From the NCBI RefSeq assembly GCF_963921235.1, contig NC_086108.1:37636001-37700000 (forward strand): a stretch of 64,000 nucleotides of DNA, given 5' to 3'. Position 1 is the first letter of the stretch, and every line of letters starts with the position of its first letter. This stretch comes from Mobula hypostoma. Its lineage: Eukaryota. The translations under genes and the position numbers were made by a program. The notes beneath the pieces are model-generated. The model was not told the DNA's origin, did not search any database, and worked only from the letters and a program-made list of their open reading frames with translations. Shown piece by piece: positions 25,081-37,199 of the stretch.

Positions 25081-25708
25081 GTGGGAGGATGGAGTGAGAG
25101 CGGATGTACGTGAAATGGGGGAGATGCGTTTAAGAGCAGAGTTGATAGTGGAGGAAGGGAAGCCCCTTTCTTTAAAAAAGGAAGACATCTCCCTGGTCCT
25201 AGAATGAAAAGCCTCATCCTGAGAGCAGATGCGGCGGAGACGGAGGAATTGCGAGAAGGGGATGGCGTTTTTGCAAGAGACAGGGTGAGAAGAGGAATAG
25301 TTCAGATAGCTGTGAGAGTCAGTAGGCTTATAGTAGACATCAGTGGATAAGCTGTCTCCAGAGACAGAGACAGAAAGATCTAGAAAGGGGAGGGAGGTGT
25401 CGGAAATGGACCAGGTAAACTTGAGGGCAGGGTGAAAGTTGGAGGCAAACCAGGTAAACTTGGGGGCAGGGTGAAAGTTGGAGGCAAATCAGGTAAACCA
25501 GGTACCTCTTGCCCATCCTCTGGGTCCCCACCCCCCTCCTTGTCTTTCTTACCCGGACCTCCTGGTAAGATGATTCTCTCGTATCCCCTTTTGCTTATCA
25601 CCTGTCCAGCTCTTGGCTCTATCCCTCCCCCTCCTGTCTTCTCCTATCATTTTGGATCTCCCCCTCCCCCTCCAACTTTCAAATCCCTTACTCACTCTTC
25701 CTTCAGTT

Positions 25709-25744
25709 AGTCCTGACGAAGGGTCTCAGCCTGAAACGTTGACT
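25709..25744 (+). ncRNA. Minimal type I hammerhead ribozyme motif
   Basis: agtc CTGACGA agggtctcagcct GAAA c GTT gact; helix I agtc/gact pairs perfectly. Confidence 0.75.
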
Positions 25745-26850
25745 GCACCTCTTCCTACAGATGCTGCTTGGCCTGCTGTGCTCACCAGCAACTTTGATGT
25801 GTGTTGCTTGAATTTCCAGCATCTGCAGAATTCCTGCTGTTTACACATATCCATCAAGCTGATTATTGATGTACTGTATATCGGAGCAAACAGCTTCATC
25901 ATTTCTTCCTAGAGTGCTGCAGCAGAATGAGCGATGGTTGCAATTACTTTTTGTATCCCAGGGCTCAAAGTCCAGAAAGTTATTGGCAGTATTGAACTGG
26001 CACTGTGTTGTTGCAGCAATGGGGGAACTCTTGACTATTAATTTCCTTGCCTCCCAAGTCAATTTGTGTGGAAACTGAACAGTGCACATTAGTTCTCAAG
26101 GTAAAAAAAAAATCACTGAGCCCTTTCATTATGTATAATAGATGATAAATGAGCACTACAATCTACTAATTTTACCCGGTGGCTATGTCACAATGGTTAT
26201 CAACATCAAGTACAATACGAGCAAGATCTAGGGCAGTTTTTGCATTTGTTATCTATTTTAAATTGTTAATTAATAATGAAAAATCATACCTTTATACAGC
26301 TCTTGAGGTATCCATGATGGACTAATATCTGATGGACACAAAGCAGATGTTTAAAAAATGACTGATACTGTTATTTGTGCAATGTAGGGATGAAACTGTC
26401 AAGCATCTGAATTATGTTTTGGGATGCTTCAACAGCACCTATGAAGCTTGGAGCCTGTTGTGTAATCTGCTGTGAGAACAATTTGCCCACAGAGGCAGCT
26501 ACATGCTTGGAGCAGTCGAGTCAATAGTGGTTTATGTTTTCAGGTAAGAAAAGAGCAATTGGACAATGTATTTTCTTATCGTAGGCATCAAAAACCACAA
26601 CAGAGGAAATTTGAGTGTAGTGCTCTTTAAGAGCACAATTATAACTTGAAGCAGACTATACTCACTACACTGTATCAATCCTTCTGGTTGCACTTAGAAG
26701 CTCAACTAAAAAGTATTAGTTTCTTTACAGTATCTTTTACAAAATTCAGAGTAACTTTTGGAAATTAATTCATGCCATCAGAATTTAAGACGCTTAAAGT
26801 TCAACACAGCTCTCAAGTTGTCACTTAAGTGCTCCATTGCTCAGAATATA

Positions 26851-28454
26851 CAAACCCCATTTCCAGAAAAGTTGGGATATTTTCCAAAATGCAAAAAAAA
26901 CAAAAATCTGTGATACGTTAATTCACATGAACCTTTATTTAACTGACAAAAGTACAAAGAAAAGATTTTCAATAGTTTTACTGACCAACTTAATTGTATT
27001 TTGTAAATACACACAAATTTAGAATTTGATGGCTGCAACACACTCAACAAAAGTTGGGACAGAGTTAAAATAAGATTGAAAAGTGTACAGAATATTCAAG
27101 TAACACCGGTTTGGAAGACTCCACATTAAGCAGGCTAATTGGTAGCAGGTGAGGTATCATGACTGGGTATAAAAGTAGCGTCCATCAAAGGCTCAGTCTT
27201 TGCAAGCAAGGATGGGTCGTGGCTCACCCCTTTGTGCCAAAATTCATGAGAGAATTGTTAGTCAGTTCAAAAGGAACATTTCTCAACGCAAGATTGCAGA
27301 GAATTTAGGTCTTTCAACATCTACAGTACATAATATTGTGAAAAGATTCAGAGAATTCGGAGACATCTCAGTGCGTAAAGGGCAAGGTCGGAAACCACTG
27401 TTGAATACGCGTGATCTTCAAGCCCTCAGGCGGCACTGCCTAAGAAACCGTCATGCTACTGTGACAATTATAGCCACCTGGGCTTGGGAGTACTTCGGAA
27501 AACCATTGTCACTCAACACAGTCCGTCGCTACATCCAGAAATGCAACCTGAAACTGTATTACGCAAGGAGGAAGCCATACATCAACTCTATGCAGAAACG
27601 CCGGCGAGTTCTCCGGGCCCGAGCTCATCTCAGATGGACCGAAAGACTGTGGAACCGTGTGCTGTGGTCAGATGAGTCCACATTTCAGCTAGTTTTCGGA
27701 AAAAACGGGCGTCGAGTTCTCCGTGCCAAAGATGAAAACGACCATCCAGATGGTTATCAGCGAAAGGTGCAAAAGCCAGCATCTGTGATGGTATGGGGGT
27801 GCATCATTGCCCACGGCATGGGTGAGTTGCATGTATGTGAAGGTAGCATTGACTCTGAGGCGTATATTAGGATTTTAGAGAGACATATGTTGCCATCAAG
27901 GCGACATCTCTTCCCGGGACGTCCATGCTTATTTCAGCAGGACAATGCCAGACCACATTCTGCACGGTCTACAACAGCATGGCTTTGTAGACACAGAGTG
28001 CGTGTGCTTGACTGGCCTGCTGCCAGTCCAGATCTATCTCCTATTGAAAATGTATGGCGCATCATGAAGAGGAGAATCAGACAACGGAGATCACGGACTG
28101 TTGAGCAGCTGAAGTCTTATATCAAGCAAGAATGGACAAAATTTCCAATTGCAAATCTACTACAATTAGTATCCTCAGTACCAAAACGATTAAAAAGTGT
28201 TATTAAAAGGAAAGGTGATGTAGCACAATGGTAAACATGCCTCTGTCCCAACTTTTGTTGAGTGTGTTGCAGCCATCAAATTCTAAATTTGTGTGTATTT
28301 ACAAAATACAATTAAGTTGGTCAGTAAAACTATTGAAAATCTTTTCTTTGTACTTTTGTCAGTTAAATAAAGGTTCACGTGAATTAACATATCACAGATT
28401 TTTGTTTTTATTGCATTTTGGAAAATATCCCAACTTTTCTGGAAATGGGGTTTG
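26851..28454 (+). mobile_element. Full-length Tc1-like transposon, IR/DR type
   Basis: TA TSD at 26849-26850 and 28455-28456; near-perfect TIRs 26851-27064 and 28241-28454, each with aaaagttggga at outer and inner ends. Confidence 0.97.
27212..28234 (+). CDS. Tc1 DD34E transposase, 340 aa, uninterrupted
   Basis: ATG at 27212; paired-like HTH, GRKP linker, WSDES, FQQDNARPH, SPDLSPIE; 34 residues between the second D and E. Confidence 0.93.
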   Translation: MGRGSPLCAKIHERIVSQFKRNISQRKIAENLGLSTSTVHNIVKRFREFGDISVRKGQGRKPLLNTRDLQALRRHCLRNRHATVTIIATWAWEYFGKPLSLNTVRRYIQKCNLKLYYARRKPYINSMQKRRRVLRARAHLRWTERLWNRVLWSDESTFQLVFGKNGRRVLRAKDENDHPDGYQRKVQKPASVMVWGCIIAHGMGELHVCEGSIDSEAYIRILERHMLPSRRHLFPGRPCLFQQDNARPHSARSTTAWLCRHRVRVLDWPAASPDLSPIENVWRIMKRRIRQRRSRTVEQLKSYIKQEWTKFPIANLLQLVSSVPKRLKSVIKRKGDVAQW

Positions 28455-29264
28455 TAGATTACATAGTACTATTTTTTGAGGATTACATGTTATAAGTAGT
28501 TTATATTTTCCAGTGTATAAGACAGTCATGTGGTTTTCTAGGTTGCATCATTTTGATAAATAAGCTGGCAATTCCAACTGTGATTTGTACTTCCACTATG
28601 ATGTCTTTTTCTATGCCAAACACACACTTAATGTCATCATTCCCAGTGAAACGTCATTAAGAGTTTTGTCAGGAGAAATGAGGTCACATTAATCCAAAAG
28701 ACTTCTGGTGTTGGAAGTGTGCAATCCAACCAGGTTTGCCCTGTATCTGCTTGTTTTAAAGGTCGCTTCCTGAATATATCCAATCCCAACACAGAAAGGT
28801 TGATCTTCTGCTTACTTTTTCCCTTCAGGTCTCTATCCATCATGATTGTAACATTCATAACCCTTCCATGACCCTATCCAGTTTCAGGTTAACTCAAAAG
28901 CATTGCTAATCTGAAATGACACGACCATCTACCAATCATTAAACATGCATTCCTTCCCTCAACTAATTTATTCACCAGTACATGCTGACTGCTTTCACAG
29001 CTCTCTGACTCACCCACGCTCCATATCACTAACTGGTGCTTGCAGACCCCAGCTCTATGAATCACTGGCTGTTGATCCTCACCCTGAATGCTCCACTTCA
29101 AAATCTGAAATCAGCCCTGAACTAATCATATATCATCTGCACCCTCCGACCTTTAATGGTGTAGGTTTGAGAAGTGCCTGAATGGTGTTCAGTTCTGTGG
29201 TAGGATCATAACATTATGCAGCAATCTGTTAGCACAGATCTGAGGCACCAAGGAAATTGTAGGA

Positions 29265-29487
29265 GTAACAGAGACTGCAGACGCTGCTACCTGAAGCATC
29301 CAGTAATGTGTTGGAGTAACTTAGATGGTCAATCAGCACCTGTGGATCGAAGGAATTGTCGGCATTTTGGGTTGAAACCTTGCACAAGGGCTTGGGTTTC
29401 TGATTCTGGGTGTCAAAATAAAGCATCAAAATTCCTTTCCTCCAACAGATGCTGCTTGACCTGCTGAGTTCCTCCGGCAGTCTGTTA
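29265..29487. mobile_element. Degraded fold-back Penelope pLTR derivative
   Basis: Left arm resembles the minus-strand pLTR; right arm 'acagatgctgcttgacctgctgagttcctcc' resembles the plus-strand pLTR. Confidence 0.6.
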
Positions 29488-29639
29488 GATGTAATTCCTG
29501 GGACACGTGACATGTTCATCTAAAAGCGATTTCACAAATGCAACAGTACAGGTAATTTGTTGCAAGTTACTTGATCTAAATTACAATGCTACATAAATAA
29601 AGGAAACTTCTATAAACTTTTCTTTAACTGGATGGAGTC

Positions 29640-30383
29640 AACAGACAAATGAAATAGGTGCAGGAGTAGGCCATTCAGCCCTTTGAGCCAGCACCACCAT
29701 TCACTGTGATCATCGCTGATCATCCACAATCAGTACCCTTTTCCCGCCTTCTCCCCATATCCCTTCACTCCGCTATCATTAAGAGCTCTATCTAACTCTT
29801 TTTTGAAAGAATCCAGAGAACTGGCCTCCACTGCCTTCTGAGGCAGAACATTCCACAGAATCACAACCCTCTGCGTGAAAAAGTTTTTCCTCAACTCTTG
29901 TCTAAATTGTCTACCCCTTATTCTTAAACTGTGGCCTCTGGTTCTGGACTCCCCCAACATCAGGAACATGTTTCTTGCCTCTCGCGTGTCCAGTCCCTCA
30001 ATAATCTTATATGTTTCAATCAGATCCCCTCTCATCTTTCTAAATTCCAGTGTATACAGCCCCAGTCCTTCCAATCTTTCAACATATGACAGTCTCGCCA
30101 TCCCGGGAATTAACTGTGTGAACTTACGCTGCACTCCCTCAATAGCAAAAATGTCCTTCTTCAAATTTGGAGACCAAAACTGTTCACAATATTCCAGGTG
30201 TGGCCTCACCAGGGCCCTGTACAACTACAGAAAGACTTCTTTGCTCCTATACTCAACTCCCCTTGTTATGAAGGCCAACATGCCATTAGCTTTCTTCACT
30301 GCCTGCTGTACCTGCATGCTTACTTTCAGTGACTGATGAACAAGGACACCAAGATCTCGTTGTACTTCCCCTTTTCCTAACTT
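29640..30383 (-). mobile_element. Young CR1 3' fragment
   Basis: ORF 29730-30224 YRALVRPHLEYCEQFWSP; closely similar to 20526-21237 in the opposite orientation. Confidence 0.95.
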
Positions 30384-31394
30384 AAAACAATGGGAACATT
30401 AAACAATAGAAGGAAGGAGGAACAGGAGATATCAGTTATTGGACAGATAGCTTGCACAGGACTTGCAACAAAGAACAGAACAGATGGATTTGTAGTTAAA
30501 GGTAGCTAGATTAATTATTTTTAATTATGAGTGATTTTGTCATGGCAATAAGATAATTCAAACTGCAAACTTCCTTTTGTTTCAGTAAATAAGATTGTTA
30601 CCAAAAAAGTTTACAGAAATATAATTGGAACGAGCCACAAATTTCACCCGGTTGTCTTCTTATATGTTTTATGAGTTATCGTTCACTTCCCCTGGGAAAT
30701 TGAGTCAATTTTTAAGAGTGAACAGCAGTTAAAATTGTATATGCTTCACTGGCAGGAGTTAGCTCACTGAGGCAAATGGCTTTTTCTTATTCCACACTTT
30801 GGGCTCTAAGCTTTTTAAATATCCATCAAAATGCCACTACAAATTGCTTTCGTAGAGTTCTATTTGTGCTCTGTGGTTTCAGTACTTTTCAAATCCTTCT
30901 GAAGGGAGATCCTAAGCACAACTCCAAAGGGAATTGTTCCAAAAAAAAAAATACTGGCTCTGAGAAGTAAAACTATTTCTACATATCATACCACCAGTCA
31001 TCTTGGATTCTAATGATCTTGCTGTCTCTTCATTCAGATATTTAAATTAATCATAAAAACATATTTCTATCAAGAAGCTACATTTAATTTTAGTGTACAG
31101 AGTCAATTAAAACTACATCACAAATTGAAGTTCTAAATGTTCGATATGTGGAAATACAACAATGTTTTTAGGAACCCAAAGCACAAGGACACACAACCGT
31201 GCTGTAAGATATTAATTTTAAAAGATCCATTTATTTAAATATTTAAAAAATTATGCAGCATTTTACTATTGCAAAGTTCAAAGCACATTTATTATCAAAG
31301 TGTAGTGTATTTTACCACATACTACCTTGAGATTCATTTCAACGTACCCAGTTTAGGCTACCCTTTTGAGCTGTTTCCACAGGCAATTACATAG

Positions 31395-32330
31395 ACAGAC
31401 AGATGGATAGATAAATATTTTATTAATCCCAAAGGAAATTACACTGTCACAGTAGCATTAAAAGTGCACAGATACACAAATATTAGAAGAGAAGTAAGAA
31501 GTAATAAGAAAGTAAGTTGCTTCAAACAGTCTAACAGTAGGAGATCACCACTTCCCCAGCTATAGGTTGACTCATTATAGAGCCTAATAGCCAAGGGTAG
31601 GAATGACCTCATATAGTGCCCTTTGGAGCAGTGCAGGTGTCTTAGTCTATTACTAGAAGTGCTCCTCTGTTCAGCCAAGGTGGCATGCAGAGGGTGAGAA
31701 GCAGTGTCCAGAACTGCCAGGATTTTCTACAGGGTACTTTATTCGGCTACAGCCTCCAGTGTATTCAGTTTGACTTCAATAACAGAGCCATTCTTTCTAA
31801 ACAATTTATTAAGCCTGTTGGCATCACCCCTGTTGATGCCATTGCCCCAGCACACTACCGTATAGAAGATTGTACTGGTGACAACAATGGGTAGAACATG
31901 TGTAGGAGAGGCCTTCATACTCCAATGGACCTCACTCTCTTCAGGAAGTAGAGGAGACTCTGGCCCTTGTACACAGTCTCTGTGTTGGTGCTCCACTCAA
32001 ATCTCTCATCCAGGAGTACCCCAGGTACTTGTAGGTCCTCACCATCAATAGTAACAGGCAGCAGTGCAGGCTTAGTCTTCCTAAAGTCCATCACCATCTC
32101 CTCTGATTTACTGAGCTGCAGGCGACTCAGCTTGCACCATTTGACAAAGTCCTCCACCACGGCTCTGTATTCTTCTTCCCATCCTCCTTCTATACACCCA
32201 GTATTACTGAGCCATCAGAAAATTTCTGCAGATGACATGACTCAGTGTTGTATCTAAAGGCCGAAGTACACAGGGTAAAACAGGAAGGCAGCCAATACTG
32301 TGGGACCCCAGTGCTGCGTTTTGCCCATGC
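31395..32330 (-). mobile_element. Degraded Rex1/Babar-type LINE
   Basis: HLQKFSD, EMVMDFRK and YTVVCWG motifs in broken frames; (gata/gaca)n tail at left. Confidence 0.8.
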
Positions 32331-34239
32331 CTGACGCATAGCTCTGAAACTGCATACACTATGAGGCACAACAAAGTCAAAGCAGTTTTCTCCCAATTTT
32401 CTAGTTTTATTTTTGATTATATAGCACATTGATTAAGTGCTGGTTTATGAGAGAACTGTCATTTTATTAACAGAGCAAACTGCAATAATTTATTAAACAG
32501 CAAATTTTCAACTGTTAACAAAGGATTCAAGTAGTTGAACAAAATTTAGGAAATCAAATGATATTCGAAGTGGAGAAACAATTTCTGACTACGTTAGCTT
32601 TGGCACTCCTCCAGGAAACCTGACACGCAGTTTGCTAAGAAGCAATCTCATGCCTTTAAGTAACATGAACAACTTACAGTCAATTAATATTTCCATAATC
32701 ATTTTCATCAAATCATGTCGGCTAGCAAAGATAAACTGCAACTTGAGAACTCAAAATCTTGTCTCCTCCATTATTACCTCCAACAAGTGCAAGCTATTTA
32801 TAGAATCCTTCGATTATAAATCACTGTTTTTGTAACTTCTCAGTCTCCTGGGTCACGAGGTCAAACCTCTAAGGTTTTATCATGCCATCCTCTCCACTGC
32901 GACCATTACAGATCCTCTACCACATGGAACTTACCTCTGTCTCTTGTTGGTCTCCTCTTTAACCTTATGCTCTTTCTGAGCTTGGTTTGTCCATGAAATA
33001 AACCTTCTAATGCTTTCATGTGGTGTCACCTCTTTTGACTCGCCAGTCAAACTGTCAGATTGCTTTTTGGGCAAACAAAGCTAGAGGAACAGAGAGTTCT
33101 GCAAATTGAAGAGTGTTTAGTTACTCTTTTCATTCATCTTTTTCAAGCTTCGCCCTAGAATAGAACAAAGAACAAAATCCTCCGACAAGAAATAAAGCTT
33201 AGAGGAACAAAGGGCATGATTTTCTGTATGAACTGGTCTCGTGTAATTCTTCCATCATTTTGTGAAGAAAAGTTGCTCCTATTAGTTGATAGTATAAGTA
33301 TTGAGGAACTTGGATTTAAAGTGCTGGACAATAGATGTAGGGAAGGTGTGAAGACGGCCCTTTATGCACAGCAAATGGCAATGATCTGCCTCACTACCTA
33401 GGCAGTGCTGAAAAGCTGAAAAAATCTTACTCATCAATTTCAAACAAAAGGGGATAGCTATTTGGGGGAAGTAAACTTGCCAGGTTCATCACACTACAAT
33501 GGGTGAGATTTGCTCATTTTCTTGCCAGATGTTAGGGTGAAAGCCAAATTCCTTGAGAAGGACCAAAGCCAAGATGATCAGAAACAGTCTTTCAACTCTG
33601 AATGTCATTTGACTTCTTAAGTTCTGTTGTCAGCCTGTTTGCGTCAGTAGGATCAAAGTGTGAAGCTTATTTGGAATCCAAAGCTTAGCTACACTAGTTA
33701 TTGCAGACTGTGCATTTCCGTACATTCCTCGGGTTCAGTACTTTGTCCAGCACACATTATCCATGGATAAGGCACAAGAAGGCACTGACTGGATTGCTTC
33801 ATAGATCTGTGTTGAACTTGGCATACTAAGTGGGTTCCTTCTATGCTCTTGTTACTCTATCACTTGAGTGAAATATTGGATCCAAGTTTAATAATGCCAT
33901 AAACTTTTTGAGAGTTTAGAACTTATTTTGCAATTATGATTTATCAAGGCACTGTAATATATCGGAACAATGTTGAGGACTTTCTTATTACCAGTATTAA
34001 AGATATCAATTCAAATTGTCAGTGTTAGAACAATAACAAGCAGAAGCATCTAGTGGCTATTTATCATGCAAGACTTAACAGCATCTGCCTTGTACTGAGC
34101 CTTTAGCAGCAGTTCAACTGGAGTCTGTCTTATCCTTGTATATGCTTCTTCTCGCCACTTTGTTTAGATATTCACAAGGACCTTCAAAGCTTAGAACAGT
34201 CTCCATGAGTTCTTATTGACAATCTTACTTCCTCCGTGT

Positions 34240-34655
34240 TAATGAGAGGTGCAGAAGATATTTGCTGGAATCACTCCAAGAATGTGGGATCTCAACATAG
34301 GGTTAAGAAACTGGATCATTCTCCATGGATTAAAAGACATTGAGTGGAGATCTGATAGGGATAACTAAAGTTACTTCGATATGGTAAAGTTGTTCCTATT
34401 AGCTGTTCTTATTAGTTCAAGTGTGTGAAGGATTATGAGAGAAGATTTAAAAAACCTAAGGGAGTGGACATGATCATAAAATCACTGCCTCTGGAGGTGA
34501 AGGAAAAACAATTATTATTTCAAAGGTGAACTAGATAAATACTTGAGAGTAAATAATTTGCAGTACAGGGGACAAGGTTTACCAGATTTGTTGTATTTGA
34601 AACCAGCATAGCCCTGGTGGGCTGAGTAGCCTCCTTGGTTGCGACAATTCTCTGA
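34240..34655 (+). mobile_element. Very old CR1 3' remnant
   Basis: gagaggtgcagaagatatt...ggagatctgata...gggctgagtagcctcct. Confidence 0.5.
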
Positions 34656-34734
34656 TTTAATCATATACTTTGTTTTTGTTATTACTGGGTTTAACTACTT
34701 CAATTCACCCTAGATGCTTAAATCCACTTCACTC

Positions 34735-34855
34735 CAAATATCAGGTCTTAACACATAATGCCAACTATCTATTTCTCTCTATAGATGCTGCCTAACACAA
34801 TGAGTACCTCTGGTTGTTTCTTTGCTCAGATTCCAGCATTTACAGTCTTCTGAAT
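34735..34855 (+). mobile_element. Degraded Penelope pLTR remnant
   Basis: tctctatagatgctgcct...gattccagcatttacag. Confidence 0.55.
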
Positions 34856-34983
34856 CTTCAATTTACTTTTGCCTGGCCTCCCTCTGTAAATCTTCTTCTT
34901 TTAGTGTCCTAACTTGGAACCAATGCCAATTCCTATTATTGCCATACTTCTCTGCCGAGCATGATTCGTGACACTAACTCTAA

Positions 34984-35633
34984 GGCTACGTCCACACTAG
35001 ACCAGAAAATTTTGAAAATGCTGGATTCGCGTCAAAATGATAGTCATCCACACCAGGCATTTTTGAAAATACCTCCGTCCACATTAAAACCGGCATTTGG
35101 GTGAATCTTCTCCCACTGGGCATGCGCAGGACACATCTATAGAAAACAAGCGAAGAGGAAACGGTATACTATTTCTATTTCTGCAGCGGTGTTGTGCTAT
35201 TTCCAATGGTCAAAAACTAGAGTATCTACAACAATAGCGAGAGAAAGTTTTCAACAAGGTCTTCGAGGAATACAAAGAAAACCTCCGCTGGAAAAAGCAG
35301 CTATTAACGTAGACAATAAAGTAAACAACATACGTATGAAGCCGCCTGCCATCGTTGTTGTGGCGTTGGAGGTTGCGTTCAAGAAAACAATGACATGTTG
35401 AGCTGCAACCACCATCTGCTCCAGCACATCATGACAGTGCTTTTAAAAAGCTCTGGTTACCCCCTACACACTACAACGCCCAACCAGCGTTTTCAGATTT
35501 ACACACTCTGGAGAGCACTTTAGAAAAGCTCCATTTTCGGGGGAGGAAAACGCCGTTTCAGTGTGGACGGAGGGTCAAAACAAAGAGAAAGATCTTCGGT
35601 TACGGATTTATCTGGTCTAGTGTGGACGTAACC
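34984..35633. mobile_element. Non-autonomous PIF/Harbinger element (MITE), 650 bp
   Basis: TAA TSD at 34981-34983 and 35634-35636; TIR ggctacgtccacactagaccaga / tctggtctagtgtggacgtaacc; subterminal tccacac repeats. Confidence 0.9.
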
Positions 35634-37199
35634 TAAAATTCACTCTTACGTTTTCAGGTCCATCCACAGCCACCACTTCACCATTCACTAAACTCTTCAA
35701 CTTCTACAACATCCAGAAGTACCCATCATTTTCCCTATTCTGGCCTCATAATCTTCCACAAACTTCCATTATCGATGGTCCTGTAAGTGTTTGTTTTCTT
35801 TCTTTCTTTCTTTCTTTTTCTTCTTCTTCTTTATTATGTATTGCATTGAACTGCTGCTGCTAAGTTAACAAATTTCACGAAACATGCCGGTGATAATAAA
35901 CCTGATTCTGATTATACATACCACTGGAATTCTGTCCTTGCATTTCTACACTACTCTCTTTCTCCGATCTCATTTGCTAAGCTGCTTATAATCGATCTTA
36001 TTGACCAAGTTTTTGATTATCACTTCGAAGGTACTTATGTACCTTCACTGCCAAACTCTGCTAACATTTCTGTGATCGAAATTTTGCTAAATGGTCAACA
36101 TAAAAACAAGTTTTGAGTACTGTATTATTTTAAAGCATCTATTCTAATGTGCTCATTAAAAGTACAGAGAACTGTACTAATTTCTGATGCAGAAAACAAT
36201 TCTGCTCATTTTGGAACTTCGAACAGATCGTCCAAGCCAGCTTTCAAACTCAAAGTACATTATTTATTATGTAATTTACATTTAGCTCTATTACCTAACA
36301 AATGTTGTGTGTCAAATTTGATTTTGCAGTCATGCATAATTCAATGCATAATCAACTTCAGTAAATAGGCACAGAACACTTTACACAAGTGACCTAGCAC
36401 AAATTATGTGCTGAAGAATATGTTTCACCATGTAAAAATGAATGTGGAAGGAGATATGCTTGGACTTCTTAAATTAATAATTTGTGAGATCCAATTTTTC
36501 AGGGAATATTGTTACCTTCGTGTTGTCTTTCAACTCCCTAAGTAAACTGTGTCTTCAGAGTCTTCATAATGGTGCTGATTATTTACTGAATCATATTTGC
36601 TTTTACTGTTGCACCCAGATGTTTGCCAGTACAGAGAAGGGTGTAGTATCAAAGATGCTACTGTTTTGCTGCTGGCATGAGCAAAAAGAACACAAGTAAA
36701 ACTATTAATGGAATATTCTTTATTGAAGACATGAATTGACAACTTGACAGCAAAAATACATTAATATCCTACCAAGCAACACACTTGGTTGTTAAAGATA
36801 ATTTTACATTTATACACATAACACTGCTTTTCTTTCAAAAATAAACACATGCATGCAAAACACTAACTATGTACATGAGACAATGTTAGAATAATTCCTG
36901 CACTTATCTAAATATGCAATGCTTTCATCACAACTAGTTATAAATTCAATTAATTTATTATTCTTCTTAATCTCCAAGACCTGCTCACATGCAGAGGTTC
37001 CTTTGTAATCCCTTAAGTGACCTCTCTAGGAGACTTTATTTCTGGTGAGTCACCTCCACTGTCTATCATTCACTCAGTCTGGGGTTCCTGTGCCTTCTGA
37101 TCCAGAGATTGCTGCATCCATCTGTGACAAATGCTAATCTGAACTGTGAACTAGACTTGGAAACCAGTTACTCAGGGAAACCAAATGCTACCATATGAT

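Larger units (their letters stand above)
24057..25841 (-). mobile_element. Penelope-like retroelement, 5'-truncated, with inverted pLTR
   Basis: GIY-YIG endonuclease frame; inverted copy of the 3' region at 25503-25841; TSD tacacatatccatcaa at 24041-24056 and 25842-25857. Confidence 0.95.

Noticed and set aside
26388..26543. Exon-like segment ending in cag|gtaaga
   Set aside because: Weak acceptor and the longest frame hits a stop; such sites are expected by chance.
28637..28858. 73-aa minus-strand ORF in unique sequence
   Set aside because: No recognisable domain and no convincing exon boundaries.
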